From assembly GCA_963727445.1 (NCBI GenBank), contig CAVSGI010000014.1, positions 224,001-288,000 of the forward strand: a DNA stretch of 64,000 nucleotides, given 5' to 3'. Origin of the DNA: an uncultured delta proteobacterium. Lineage in GTDB: Bacteria; Myxococcota_A; Polyangia; Polyangiales; B10-G4. The notes beneath the pieces were generated by a model. The model did no database searches and was not told the origin of the DNA. It saw only the letters and a program-made list of their open reading frames with translations. The translations under genes and the position numbers were made by a program. This document shows positions 9,434 to 22,572 of this stretch, piece by piece. The stretch's first letter is position 1. Each line of letters starts with the position of its first letter.

Positions 9434-11529
9434 AGCACGACACCGAGGAAGAGGAGCGCGAAGACGGGAAGCGGCGAGGCCGAGATGGGGCCGGAGGCCG
9501 AGCAACCGGTCTGCAGGCTCGGGTGAAGCGCAAAGCCGAACTTCTGAGAGGTGAGGTTGCCCGCCTCGTCGCGCGCGATGATCTCGAGCTCGTAGAGCTC
9601 GCCGACCTCGAGTGAATCGGTGGAGATGGAGAGCGTGGTGTCGCTGCCGAAGCTCGACTCCTGGATCACGCTGGTGGTGCTGTCCTCGGCGACGCGGCGA
9701 AGGACCCAACGCGTGGTCACGCCGCGACCGCCGTCGTCCTCGGCTTGCCAGGACGCGCGCACGGCGGCGTCGAGCACGATGGCGCCGGGGCTCTCGGTGA
9801 CGCGCAGAGTGGGCGGAACGCCGTCGACGGTGAAGGCGTGGATGACGGGCGCCGGGTCGGCGTTGCCGTTGAGGTCGACGGCCGCGACCTCGAGCACGTG
9901 GTCGCCGTCGGCGGCGTCGAAGCGAACGACGCGCAGGCTGGTAGGCGCCTCGGTGAGGAGCTCGTGGTCGAGCCAGGCGCGGTAGCGAAGCAGCCCCTCG
10001 GGGGTCCGGTCGTCGATGCCCGCCACCGTGAAGGCGGCAGTGCCGGCGCCGAGAAGCGCGGCCGGCTCCTCGAGGGAGGTGTCGGGCGCGGTGTGGTCCG
10101 TGGGGTCGGGCACGAAGAGGTCGACGCCGACGCGCTGCCAGCCGCCGTCGCTCGAGATCTCGCGGACGTTGAGGAACGTGCCTTCGATCTCGTGGAGCGC
10201 CGGTGCGATGGGCAGGCCGGAGAGCCGCTCCGAGATCATCGGCATCACCGTGCCTTCGACGAAGCCGCGCAGCCGCGCGCCGTCGATGGTCAGCTCGGAC
10301 TCCTCGCCCTCGACGCGGATCTGGTCGATGCGGAGATCCTCGATGTCGAGGACCAGGGCGCCCATGTTCGGCGCGGTCGCGATGCGCGCGGCGAGCCCGC
10401 CGTCGACGTGGATGTCGATCCGGCTGGTCTCGCCCTCGGGGCGGCGAACGTCGATGACGACGTGCAGGCCGCGGAGCGTCAGATCGGCGACGTCGGGCGC
10501 GACACGACCGAAGGTCGCCGAGAGCGGCTCCTCGATGTCGAGGCCCACGTCGATCTCCGTGCCCTCGGGCAGACCGATCTGCTGCACGGCGCCCACGCCG
10601 GCGAGGGAGATGGTCTGGCGGTTGTCGGCGAGCAGCTGGCTGATCATCCCGCCGCGCCACGCCTCGTAGAGCGCGCTGGTGACGAGGCGATCCGATGCGG
10701 CGAGCTGGAACATGCCCTGGGTCGTGTTGGGCAGCGCCTCCCCCTCGGGCAGCTCGGTGGCCGGGGCCTCGGCACTGAAGAGCGGCGTGCCGGTCCAGGT
10801 GATCGCGGCGTCGCCTTCGGCGGTGACGCCGTAAGCGCGGCTCAGGTCGAGGCCGTCGAGCCAGCCGTCGATCTCGAAGTTCCCCTGCTCGACCGTGAGG
10901 CCCACGGTCTCGGCGAAGATGTCCGTGAGCGCCTCGGAGATCTTGTCGCTCATCATCGACTCGACGCGCGGGACGAGGAAGTCGAGGGCCCAGCCCTCGA
11001 AGGCGTTGAAGAGCCAGGTGGCGACCTCACCGATGGCGCATCCATCGGACTGCAGGTCGAGATCCTCGGGCGCGAGGGCGAGGTCGACGGAGGCGCCGTG
11101 GAACTCGATGCCGCCCTCGGGACCAGTGGCGGCGGCCAGCTCGACGGTGGCGTCGAGGTTCTGGAGGTTGGCGCTGAGATCGCAGTGGGCCGAGCCGAAG
11201 CAGGCGTAAGGGTTCTGAAGGTCCACCATGGCGCTGACCCCGACGTCGAGGTTCACGCCCACGATGATCCGACCGTCGTCGGTGGAGAGGCGGATGTCGT
11301 TCCAGCCGATGAAGACAGGCGTGTCGGGCAGCTGGGCCGAGATGGTGCTGGACCCCGGACAGTCGTACAGGTCGCGGTCCATGCTCGGAACCACCACCTC
11401 GTTGGGCACGCGGGTCTTGGCGACCTCGGTGATGGCGTCCATGCCATCGGGGGTGACCCGAACACCGAATCCCTGCGCGAGGGCGGTGGCCGGAAGAAGG
11501 AGGATGAGGCTGACGAGGAGGGCCCGCAT
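9412..11529 (-). CDS. Secreted protein: BPI/LBP-like (TULIP) N-terminal region, two Ig-like domains, MYXO-CTERM tail
   Basis: Signal peptide MRALLVSLILLLPATALA. GFGVRVTPDGMDAI resembles the BPI/LBP N-terminal strand-helix. APDT...LEVAAVDLNGNADPAP Ig repeats. C-terminus GCSASG...LFLGVVLCRRRRR. Confidence 0.7.
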   Translation of the reverse strand: MRALLVSLILLLPATALAQGFGVRVTPDGMDAITEVAKTRVPNEVVVPSMDRDLYDCPGSSTISAQLPDTPVFIGWNDIRLSTDDGRIIVGVNLDVGVSAMVDLQNPYACFGSAHCDLSANLQNLDATVELAAATGPEGGIEFHGASVDLALAPEDLDLQSDGCAIGEVATWLFNAFEGWALDFLVPRVESMMSDKISEALTDIFAETVGLTVEQGNFEIDGWLDGLDLSRAYGVTAEGDAAITWTGTPLFSAEAPATELPEGEALPNTTQGMFQLAASDRLVTSALYEAWRGGMISQLLADNRQTISLAGVGAVQQIGLPEGTEIDVGLDIEEPLSATFGRVAPDVADLTLRGLHVVIDVRRPEGETSRIDIHVDGGLAARIATAPNMGALVLDIEDLRIDQIRVEGEESELTIDGARLRGFVEGTVMPMISERLSGLPIAPALHEIEGTFLNVREISSDGGWQRVGVDLFVPDPTDHTAPDTSLEEPAALLGAGTAAFTVAGIDDRTPEGLLRYRAWLDHELLTEAPTSLRVVRFDAADGDHVLEVAAVDLNGNADPAPVIHAFTVDGVPPTLRVTESPGAIVLDAAVRASWQAEDDGGRGVTTRWVLRRVAEDSTTSVIQESSFGSDTTLSISTDSLEVGELYELEIIARDEAGNLTSQKFGFALHPSLQTGCSASGPISASPLPVFALLFLGVVLCRRRRR

Positions 11530-11661
11530 GATGCGGCACCTCACCGCACGATCAGTGCCAGGGCTCACCCATGGAAATGATTGACGAAAGTGGCAGCGCA
11601 CTGGCTGCCACAGTGGCCAGGCTCAGCCCGCTTCAGGCGGTCCCCGTGATACAAGTCGTCC

Positions 11662-13068
11662 GTGGGGATGTTGGTCACGTGGCGCGCATCATGGCTCCTC
11701 GTGACGGTGGCTCTCCTCGCCGCCGCTGGCTGCGAGGCGCAGGGCGGCGGCGCGCTCATCGTGGACCTGCGGAGCGACCTGCGTCCGGGCTACGAGTTCA
11801 CTCGGGCACGCGTCACGCTTCTCGGAGCGGGGACCGACTCGGACGTGCGGCAGGAGCGCGACTTCGGCCCGGGCGACGAGGCATCGCTGGTGGATGGGCT
11901 GCGCATCGCGGAGTTCGACGCGGTGGACCAGAGCACTGCGAGCGTTCGGGTGACGCTCATCGCGCCCGAAGGGCACACCCTGCTCGAGCGCGTGATCCGC
12001 GTCTCGGGCCTCGAGACGAGCCGGGCCGTCACCGCCATCCTCAGCCGTGACTGCCGCGGCGTGCAGTGCCCCGATCCCGGCGGCGACGCCGAGCAGACGG
12101 AGTGTCTGGCGGGACGCTGCGTCGACCCCACGTGCACGCCGGAGGACCCGACGAGCTGCGGGACGCCGGCGTGCCTCAACGACACCGAGTGCGGGGGTCT
12201 CTCTTCCTGTGCGACCGGGGTCTGCGGAGAGGGGGGCGTCTGCTTGCAGGTGGTCGACGACACCCTCTGCGCCGCAGACGAGTACTGCCTTCCGGAGACG
12301 GGATGCGTCGCCGTGCCCAGCGTGACCGACGCGGGGATGGACGCCGCGACCGACGGCAGCACCGATGCGACCCTCGATGCGGGTGACGCCCCAGACGCGG
12401 GCGTGGACGCGGACGCCGCCACGGATGCTGACGCCGATGCGGTGATGGACGCGAGCGCCGAAGGCGGGCCGAGGTGCGGGGACGACGTCGTCGATCTCGG
12501 GGAGGCCTGCGACGACGGAAACGCGATCGCGGGCGACGGATGCAGCCCCACCTGCCGCCTCGAGGGAGACTCCTGCGCGGACGCGCTCGACATGGCCGTC
12601 GTGGGGGCAGTGCAACCGGATGGCTCGCTCCTGGTGCGGTCCAGCCTCGCCCGCGCCACCGACTCGATCTCCGTGCACTCGACCTATTCGACCCCGGACC
12701 GCATCTACTACTGGGATACGCCCGACGAGGGGTGGCTCATCTGGTCCACGGACACCGCGACGCTCGAATTCGACAGCTACATGTGCACTCGGAACGTGTG
12801 CACCGATGCCACGACCTCCCTCGGATGCAACGACGACCGGGGCACGATCATGCGCCTCGCATCCATCATGCACGTCGGCGTCGCGGCCGGGGATCGCGTG
12901 TACGCCATCGTGGAGCCCAACGAGGCGGGGTGCTGCGAGTTCGACCTCGTGGTGAGCTGGCGGCGCTACCTCGAGGTGGGCGAGGCGTGCACGCCCAGCT
13001 ACTGGGAGGACGATTGCCGGCCGCCGAGCCGCTGCGTCGCCGTCGACGGAGGCAACGCATGTCAGTGA
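11662..13068 (+). CDS. Lipoprotein with shared N-terminal module, 14-Cys region, DAG linker, one myxococcal Cys-rich (DUF4215-like) repeat and a PPC-like domain
   Basis: Lipobox AAGC; CGDDVVDLGEACDDGNAIAGDGCSPTC; GCNDD. Confidence 0.8.
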   Translation: MGMLVTWRASWLLVTVALLAAAGCEAQGGGALIVDLRSDLRPGYEFTRARVTLLGAGTDSDVRQERDFGPGDEASLVDGLRIAEFDAVDQSTASVRVTLIAPEGHTLLERVIRVSGLETSRAVTAILSRDCRGVQCPDPGGDAEQTECLAGRCVDPTCTPEDPTSCGTPACLNDTECGGLSSCATGVCGEGGVCLQVVDDTLCAADEYCLPETGCVAVPSVTDAGMDAATDGSTDATLDAGDAPDAGVDADAATDADADAVMDASAEGGPRCGDDVVDLGEACDDGNAIAGDGCSPTCRLEGDSCADALDMAVVGAVQPDGSLLVRSSLARATDSISVHSTYSTPDRIYYWDTPDEGWLIWSTDTATLEFDSYMCTRNVCTDATTSLGCNDDRGTIMRLASIMHVGVAAGDRVYAIVEPNEAGCCEFDLVVSWRRYLEVGEACTPSYWEDDCRPPSRCVAVDGGNACQ

Positions 13069-15655
13069 GGCGCTTGCCGTGGGTCCTCCTGTCGACCCTG
13101 GCCCTGACCGGTTGCGTCGAAGCCGGCAACGAGCTCGTCGTCGACTTGCGAACCGACTTCCGGCCGGGGCTCGAATTCTTCGCCGTGCGTACCGAGCTGG
13201 TGGGGGCCGCGGCGGCAGAAGCTGCCGAGATGCGGATCACGCCCGTCACCGGCGACGACACGGCGCTTCTCGACGGCATCCGCGTCGCCGAGTTCAGCGG
13301 CATCACCCGCGATCGGGTCTTGGTGATCGTGGCGCTCCTCGATCGCGGCGGGACGCCCCTGGTGGCGCGCCCGGTACGGGTGACCATGGGCGGCACGGAC
13401 CGGGGCGTCACCGCGGTCATCACGCGGAGCTGCCGCGACGTGCTCTGCCCCGCTCCCGACGGAGACCAGCGCCTCGTCGCGTGTCAGGGCGGCGAATGCG
13501 TCGAGCCCGAGTGCTCGCCCGAGACGCCGGAAGCGTGCAGCAGCACCACCGCCGAGTGCACTGCGGATGCCGATTGTGCCTCGGGGAGCCTCGCGAGCTG
13601 CTCCACCGCCCGCTGCGCCCTCGGCGTGTGCCTCGTCGGCGGTGACGATGCCACCTGCGACAGCAGCACCTGGTGTCAGCCGGAGGTCGGCTGCGTGCCC
13701 TTCACCACAACGATCGACGATGGCGGCATGGATGCGGGGATGCCCGACGCGGACGCTGCTGCGGACGCGGACGCTGGGGTGATGGACGCCGGGGATGCGA
13801 GCGACGCGACGGACGTAGCGGACGCCGACGCATCCATGATCACCCTGGCATGCCCGTTGGGCACCGATCCCATCGGCGCCTTCCCCCCTGCCCCGGATCC
13901 GGTCCCCATGGTCTCGCCCACCTGCGGCGACGGCACCGTGGACACGGGCGAGGACTGCGACGACGGCGCGCGTGTCGACGGCGACGGCTGTAGCGCGAAC
14001 TGCTTCCGCGAAGGCACCTGCAACGCCCCCTTCGACCTGCTCATGGACACAACGACGGGTACGGGCGGCGAGCTCCGATGGCGCGGGGAGCTCGACACCT
14101 GGGAAAACCTCGAGGACGGCACCTGCTCCAGCGGCGACGGACGCGAGGTGATCTTCCGCTTCGTCCCCCCCTTCGACGGGCTCGTCCGAGCCGCTGGGCA
14201 GTACGTCGTCGATGGAAGCTACCGCGACACCGTCCTCTACTCTCGCCAGCGCTGCGCGCAGGCGGACACGGAGATCGCGTGCAACGACGACGTCACGGCC
14301 TACACGCCCTACCTCGATTTCGTGGCGCGCGCGGGCGAGCCAATCTTCCTCTTCTTCGAGAACTACTCGGACTATGCCGGCTTCGACGAGCTCATCGTCC
14401 GCTTCGACCGGCTCCTGCCCGACGGCACGGCGTGCGACCCGGCCCAGGTCGAGACGCGATGCGCCGTGGGATCCGACTGCATCGACGATGGCTCAGGCGG
14501 ACACGTCTGTGGTCCCGCGGTCTGCGGCAACGGGGTGATCGAGGCCGACGAGGGCTGTGACGACGGAAACGCCATGGACTGGGACGGCTGCTCGTCGCGC
14601 TGTCATCTCGAGTGCGGCAGCTGCGCCACTCCTCTCGACTTCTCCGCCGTCGCGACCGCCGACGCCGATGGAACGCTGCGCTTCGTCGCCACCCACAAGG
14701 GCGCGCGAGACCGGCAGCTGTCGAGATGCTCTCCGAATCGCACCGCCCCGGAGCTCGTCTACTCCTACGTCGCCCCCACCGACGGCACGCTCACCGTGGC
14801 CGTCGATTCGGCGGACGACTCGTACATTCCGATGGTGGACGTGCGAAGCGATTGCACCGATCTCGGCACCACCCTCTCCTGCGCCAGCAGCTACGACATG
14901 CCCGGCTGGGACCCAGCGACGGTGAGCGTGCGGGTTCGCGCCTCCGAGACCTATTACATCCTCTCCGAATGGGTCGGCGACGAGAACGACCTCGACATCT
15001 TCAACTACGAGACGCGCCTGCTCGAGATGACCGCGAAGCTCGAGCCGCACATCCCGCTGGGCGGAGCCTGCACGCCTTCCGAGATCATCCGCGGATGTGC
15101 AGAGGGGCTGTCGTGCCTCGACCGCGGGAGCGGCTTCACCTGCGTAGCGACCGTCTGTGGGGATGGAACGACCGAAGGCATCGAGCAGTGCGACGACGGG
15201 GCCGCCGTCGCGGGTGACGGCTGCGACGCGAGCTGCCGCTTCGAGACCGCGCCGAGCGGGGGGACGACTGCGCCGCCGCCGTCCCCATCCAGCTGGTGCC
15301 CACCGGGCCGACCACGCTCGGGGCGGATGCCTATGGGACGACCGCGGGCGCGACGGACGTCTTCGCGCCCTTCTGCTCCGCCATGGCGCCGGCGGACGTC
15401 GTCTATGCGATCACCCTGACCGACACCCGCAACCTCTCGGTGCGCATCACCCCGCTCGAGCCCTTCGGCGACGCCAACATGTCCGCGCAGCTTCGGACGA
15501 TCTGCGACGACGCCAGCACGGCCCTGAGCACCTGCGCCTACTCGACCGGCAACTGGGCGGGCCTCACCGCCGGCACCTATTACTTCGTGATGGCGCCGCG
15601 CCCCATCGACGGCGGCGGGCGTTACCGGCTCAGCTTCACCGCGACCGCGCCCTGA
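13059..15655 (+). CDS. Paralogous lipoprotein with three DUF4215-like repeats alternating with PPC-like domains (apparent frameshift near 15260)
   Basis: Lipobox LTGC; three CG[DN]G...E.CDDG....DGC...C repeats. The C-terminal domain continues in ORF 15296..15655. Confidence 0.8.
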
Positions 15656-15693
15656 GCGCACCGCCGCTGCCGAAAGCCTGCTACCCTGGGCAT

Positions 15694-17520
15694 GTGGAGA
15701 GGGGTGGGGGATGGAGGACGTGCGTCCTCGCCATGGCGTCCTTGGTGTTCGCAGCGTGCTCCGACCCACCGGTCGCGCTCTTCGTCGATCTGCGAACGGA
15801 CTACGTCGGCGGCGTGGAGGCTCGGCTGGCGCGCGTCCAGCTCTTCGCCGCGGACGCCGAGACCGCCGTCCGCTCGGTCGAGACACCGCTCATCGAAGAG
15901 GATCTCACGGAAGGCGTGCGCATCGCCGAGCTCGACGACCTCACCCCCGGCCCCTATCGCGTGGTGGTCGCCCTCGAAGGGCTGGCGCGCGTGCCGGTAC
16001 GGACTGTACGGATCACGATCGACCGGAGCCGCGCGGTGACCGTGCTCATCACCCGAGATTGCCAGACCATCGCCTGCCCCACCGACGACGCCCCAGAGCT
16101 CAGCGAGTGCCTGGGCGGCGCCTGCGTCGATCCGACCTGCGCACCCGAGACTCCTCAGAGTTGCCCGGCCCCGGAGTGCATGAGCGACACCGACTGCGCA
16201 TCATCGACCGTCGCGTGCGCCACCGCCGTCTGCGTCGCCGGCGTCTGCTCCCTCCGCGCTGACAGCGCCATGTGCGCGATGGCTGAGTACTGCGAGCCGA
16301 CGATGGGCTGCCGGATTCGCCCGGGGCTCCCGATGGATGGAGGCACGGACGCCGGGATGGACGGAGCCGCCGATGCAGCCACAGACGGCGGCCACGATGC
16401 GCTCACGGATGGAGGCGGGGACGGGGGCGACGCCGACGGCGGGCCCATGGGCGTCGTCGCCATCGCCGCGGGCTATGGGCACTCCTGCGCCATCGTTCGG
16501 GGCGGTGAGCTCTACTGCTGGGGGAGCAACGCCCGAGGCGAGCTGGGCGACCCGAGCTTCAGCGACAACGCGCTGGTCCCTCGGCGCATCGGCACCGACA
16601 GCGATTGGACGGACATCGCTGTCGGGGGTCGATACTTCGGCGGTGGACCCATCGGATTCTCCTGCGGAATCCGCGGCGGCGAGCTCTATTGCTGGGGCAA
16701 GAACGAGAACGGGGAGCTCGGAAACGGAACCATGGTGGATGCGGATGCGCCGACGCCCGTCGGCACCGGGACCGACTGGTTCCGGGTGGTGGGCAGCTGG
16801 GCGCACGCCCATGGGCTGCGCGGCGCAGGGGAGCTCTGGTCCTGGGGCGAAGGCGTGGCCAACGGCCTCGGCAACGACATGGACCAGCCGTCGCCCATGC
16901 GCGTCGGCACCGCGCTGTGGCGCGAGGTGTCGGCGGGAACCGATCACGGCTGCGGCATTCAGATGGACGGCTCACTGTGGTGTTGGGGCAACGGTCTCAA
17001 TGGTGCCCTCGCCCTCGGGACGGGGCGCACGTACGAGCTGACGCCGCAACGGGTCGGAGCCGCCAACGATTGGCACGGCCTGACGCGCACATGCGCGCTT
17101 CGCACCGGGGGCGCCCTGTGGTGCTGGGGGTCGAACTCGGAGGGCCGGGTGGGCGACGGCACCACCGACGACGCGTTCGCTCCGCTCGAGATCGCGACCA
17201 GCGGCTACGCCGAGGTCGCTGCGACCTACACCCTCACCTACGCGGTGGCGTCGGACGGCGCGCTCGCGACCTGGGGCGACGACGACAACGGCGCGCTGGG
17301 CAACGGGAGCGCGGGTGCCGGGATGGACGTGCTGGTTCCGACCATCGTCGATGCCCGGAGCGGCTGGCGGCTGGTGACCCCCGGCATCCTCCACGGGTGC
17401 GCCGCGCTGGGGTCCTCCGAGGTCTACTGCTGGGGGTTATCCCAGGACGGGCGCACCGGTCTCGGCGACGGCGCACCGACGGTCGTGGTGACGCCCACCG
17501 CCCTCACCTTCGCCCCCTGA
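15694..17520 (+). CDS. Paralogous lipoprotein with a C-terminal RCC1/BLIP-II beta-propeller
   Basis: Lipobox FAAC; repeated aG..HsCa....G.LyCWG.N..GeLG.G. Confidence 0.85.
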   Translation: MERGGGWRTCVLAMASLVFAACSDPPVALFVDLRTDYVGGVEARLARVQLFAADAETAVRSVETPLIEEDLTEGVRIAELDDLTPGPYRVVVALEGLARVPVRTVRITIDRSRAVTVLITRDCQTIACPTDDAPELSECLGGACVDPTCAPETPQSCPAPECMSDTDCASSTVACATAVCVAGVCSLRADSAMCAMAEYCEPTMGCRIRPGLPMDGGTDAGMDGAADAATDGGHDALTDGGGDGGDADGGPMGVVAIAAGYGHSCAIVRGGELYCWGSNARGELGDPSFSDNALVPRRIGTDSDWTDIAVGGRYFGGGPIGFSCGIRGGELYCWGKNENGELGNGTMVDADAPTPVGTGTDWFRVVGSWAHAHGLRGAGELWSWGEGVANGLGNDMDQPSPMRVGTALWREVSAGTDHGCGIQMDGSLWCWGNGLNGALALGTGRTYELTPQRVGAANDWHGLTRTCALRTGGALWCWGSNSEGRVGDGTTDDAFAPLEIATSGYAEVAATYTLTYAVASDGALATWGDDDNGALGNGSAGAGMDVLVPTIVDARSGWRLVTPGILHGCAALGSSEVYCWGLSQDGRTGLGDGAPTVVVTPTALTFAP

Positions 17521-17532
17521 CCTCGCGCCACC

Positions 17533-19450
<1,918 letters not shown>

Positions 19451-19452
19451 TC

Positions 19453-21840
19453 TCACTCCTCGTCCTCGGGGGCCGGGAAGCCGGGCAACGTGGGCTCACC
19501 CCAGACGACCCGATCGAGCTTGCCGCGCTTGAAGAGCCGGAAGCCCTTCCCGCCGCGCGAGACCACCTCGTACTTCCGCGTCGAGATGGTGAGCTCCTTC
19601 CCGTTGTCGTTCTGCACGACGAGCATGTCGCTGTCGTCGGCGAGCACCGCGGCCCCGACGACCGCGTCGCTCTTCTGGAGCTTGATCAGCATCACGCCCT
19701 TGCCCCGCGCCCGAGAGCACGCCGATGTCTCGTCGACGTTGCAGATCAGCGCGCGCCCCTCGCGAGTCGCGCAGGCGATGCGGTCCTCCTCCGTCGCAGT
19801 AGCTCGACGTAGACCACCTCGTCGTCCTCCTTGGGCCGGGCAGTACTTGCGGCCAGCGCGCGTCGACGGCTCGCGATGCCCCCGCAGCGAAAAGCGCGCC
19901 GTGTAGCCCTTCCGCGTCACCGCCACCGCGTAGGGCTCCTCCGGCTCCTCGGCGCCCTCGCTCGGCTCGGGCACGTCGAGGAAGCGCGGGTCGAAGCCCA
20001 TCATCGCCACGATGCGCTCGCCGTCCGCCATCTTGAACAGCGTCTGCATCGGCACGCCGTAGCCGGTGGTCGCCGGCACGTCGTTGATGCGGCAGACGTA
20101 GCAGACGCCGGCGGTGCGAGAAGAGCGCGATCGCCGACGCGGGTGGAGCCGGCCACGACCTCGAAGACCGCGTCGCCGTCGCGCACGCGCGTCGTCGACA
20201 CGTCGCGCACCCGCTGCTGGCGCTTGATCCACCCCTGCGCGCGTGAGCACCACCATCGCGTCCTCCGTCGACGATGAAGGCCTCGGCATCGAACTCGGGC
20301 GTCTCGTCCTCGCTGACGATCTGCGTCCTGCGCGGCGGTCGGCGTACTCCTTTTCGATCTCCGAGAGCTCTTCGCGGATGAGCTTCCAGCGCTCCGCGGG
20401 CTTCTCGAGCAGGCGCTCGATGCGCTTGGCCTCTTTGCGCTTTTCGTCGAGCTCCTTCTGGATGAGCAGGATCTCGAGCTTGGCGAGCTTGTAGAGCTTC
20501 AGCTCCAGGATGGCGTCGACCTGAATGGCGTCGAGGTCGAAGCGCTTCATCAACTTCGCGGCGGCGTCCTTCTTCCCCTCGGAGCGCCGGATGATGCGGA
20601 TGGTCTCGTCGAGTGCGTCGAAGACGGTCTCGAAGCCTTCGAGGATGTGGATCCGCTCGCGCAGCTTCTCGAGCTGGAACTCGAGCCGCTTGGTGACGAC
20701 CTCCATGCGGAAGTCGAGGAAGTAGCGGAGCACCGAGAGCAGATCGAGGCGCTGGGGCGCGGCGATTTCGGGATTGTCCGTCGGGACCAGGCAGGTCAGG
20801 TTGAGCTGCACGTTGGTCTTGAGCGGCGTGTTCTTGAAGAGGTACGCCATCACCAGGTCGGGATCGGCGTCCTTCTTCAGCTCGCAGACGATGCGGCACT
20901 CCTCGGTGCTCTCGTCGCGCACGTCGACGACGTGGGGGAGCTTTCGCGCCGCGACGATCTCGCCGATCTTGGCGACGATGGAGCCGCGCTCCACCGCGAA
21001 GGGGATCGAGGTGATGACCAGGTTCTTCGCGCCGCGCCGCCCTTTGACGTCCTCGAGCTTCCAGGTGCCACGGAGCGGGATGGACCCGCTTCCGCTCTCG
21101 TAGATGGAGAGCAGCTCGTCTCGCGACGCGAGCAGCTCGCCGCCGGTCGGGAAGTCGGGCCCCTTGATCTTGCGCAGCACCGACTTGAGCGTGCTCGTCG
21201 GCTTGTCGATGAGCAGGATGCACGCGGCGATCACCTCGCCCAGGTTGTGGGGCGGGATGCTGGTCGCCATGCCGACGGCGATCCCGTAGGAGCCGTTGAC
21301 AAGCATGTTCGGAAAGCGTGCCGGCAGGACGATCGGCTCGAAGCGCGTCCCGTCGTAGTTCGGCCGGAAGCTCACGGTGCGCTGGCCGAGCTCGGCCATC
21401 AGCTCGCCCGCGAGCTTGGTCAGGCGCGCCTCGGTGTAGCGCATCGCCGCCGGCGGATCGCCGTCGGGGGAGCCGAAGTTCCCGCGCCCGTCCACGAGGG
21501 GCACGCGCATGGAGAACGTCTGCGCCATGCGCGCCAGCGCGTCGTAGATCGCGCTGTCGCCGTGCGGATGGAACTTGCCCATCACGTCGCCGACGATGGC
21601 GGCGCTCTTCCGGTACTTGGCGTCGTGCCTGAGATGCAGCTCGTTCTGCATCGTGTAGAGGATGCGGCGCTGCACCGGCTTGAGACCGTCGCGGACGTCG
21701 GGCAGGGCGCGGGAGGTGATGACGCTGAGCGCGTAGTTCAGGTACCGCCGCTGCGTCACCTCGGCGAGGGACGCGTCTTCGACGACGGCTACCGGCAGCT
21801 CGAGCTGTTCTTTGCTCTTGCGGGTTCTTCGGCGGGCCAT
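19453..21840 (-). CDS. parC: Type IIA topoisomerase subunit A, ParC-like (several frameshifts in the CTD, about 19700-20340)
   Basis: [37 protein letters not shown] (catalytic Tyr), GPDFPTGG. First CTD blade reads KRQQRVRD rather than QRRGGKG. Confidence 0.85.
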   Translation of the reverse strand: MARRRTRKSKEQLELPVAVVEDASLAEVTQRRYLNYALSVITSRALPDVRDGLKPVQRRILYTMQNELHLRHDAKYRKSAAIVGDVMGKFHPHGDSAIYDALARMAQTFSMRVPLVDGRGNFGSPDGDPPAAMRYTEARLTKLAGELMAELGQRTVSFRPNYDGTRFEPIVLPARFPNMLVNGSYGIAVGMATSIPPHNLGEVIAACILLIDKPTSTLKSVLRKIKGPDFPTGGELLASRDELLSIYESGSGSIPLRGTWKLEDVKGRRGAKNLVITSIPFAVERGSIVAKIGEIVAARKLPHVVDVRDESTEECRIVCELKKDADPDLVMAYLFKNTPLKTNVQLNLTCLVPTDNPEIAAPQRLDLLSVLRYFLDFRMEVVTKRLEFQLEKLRERIHILEGFETVFDALDETIRIIRRSEGKKDAAAKLMKRFDLDAIQVDAILELKLYKLAKLEILLIQKELDEKRKEAKRIERLLEKPAERWKLIREELSEIEKEYADRRAGRRSSARTRRPSSMPRPSSSTEDAMVVLTRAGVDQAPAAGARRVDDARARRRRGLRGRGRLHPRRRSRSSRTAGVCYVCRINDVPATTGYGVPMQTLFKMADGERIVAMMGFDPRFLDVPEPSEGAEEPEEPYAVAVTRKGYTARFSLRGHREPSTRAGRKYCPAQGGRRGGLRRATATEEDRIACATREGRALICNVDETSACSRARGKGVMLIKLQKSDAVVGAAVLADDSDMLVVQNDNGKELTISTRKYEVVSRGGKGFRLFKRGKLDRVVWGEPTLPGFPAPEDEE

Positions 21841-21853
21841 TCCGGTCGGAACT

Positions 21854-22504
21854 CTACCCGCCCGTCCCCGTGATGGGGCGCTTTTCCAGAAGGCCGAGGA
21901 GCTTGTACGCGCGCCTGTTATCAGGCTCGATCACCAGCACCTGCTCGAGGGCCTGCCGCATCCCCACCGTGTTGCGGCGCTCGAAGAGCCGACCGGCGAG
22001 AATGAAGAGCGTGTCGATCGCCCCCATCCGGTCGTTGTTCTCGACATGGAACTCGACGATGCGGCGCAGCAGGAGCACGTCCTCGGGGTAGGCGCGCGTC
22101 AGCCCCTCGAGGTGCTCGCGCACCTGGCCGTGGTGTCCGTAGCGGACCAGCACCGTCATGTCCGACAGGACCCGGTCCAACTCGCCCGCGGGGATCTGAC
22201 CATCCTCGCATCCCTCGCGCACGGGCAGCGGCGGCGGCGTGATGCGCCCGACGTCGGGAACCGCCAGTCTGGCTTCGAGCCGCTGGTGGTCGAAGCTCGG
22301 ACGTGGACCCGATCCCACCGGACGGCGGGGCTCCGCGGAGGCGGGGCGCTTGATCTCGGTCAAGAGGACGACTTCGGCTTCGGGACCCTTCGGAGGCTCT
22401 GGAAGCCGCTCCCGGCGGGTGATTTCGTCGTCATCGTCTTCCCGAACGGCACCAGCGCTCTTCAAGAACGCGTCGAAAACCGCCTCGGGATCGTGCCGCT
22501 CCAC
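21854..22504 (-). CDS. Hypothetical protein with a disordered N-terminus and a C-terminal TPR-like helical domain
   Basis: [24 protein letters not shown] and [19 protein letters not shown] are TPR-like. GTG 22504 follows AGGAGG. Confidence 0.65.
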   Translation of the reverse strand: MERHDPEAVFDAFLKSAGAVREDDDDEITRRERLPEPPKGPEAEVVLLTEIKRPASAEPRRPVGSGPRPSFDHQRLEARLAVPDVGRITPPPLPVREGCEDGQIPAGELDRVLSDMTVLVRYGHHGQVREHLEGLTRAYPEDVLLLRRIVEFHVENNDRMGAIDTLFILAGRLFERRNTVGMRQALEQVLVIEPDNRRAYKLLGLLEKRPITGTGG

Positions 22505-22572
22505 CCTGGGACTTCGCCTCCTGCGCGCGGAGTGTACAAGGGGATTCGATCGACGCAAGCAGGCGTGATGAT

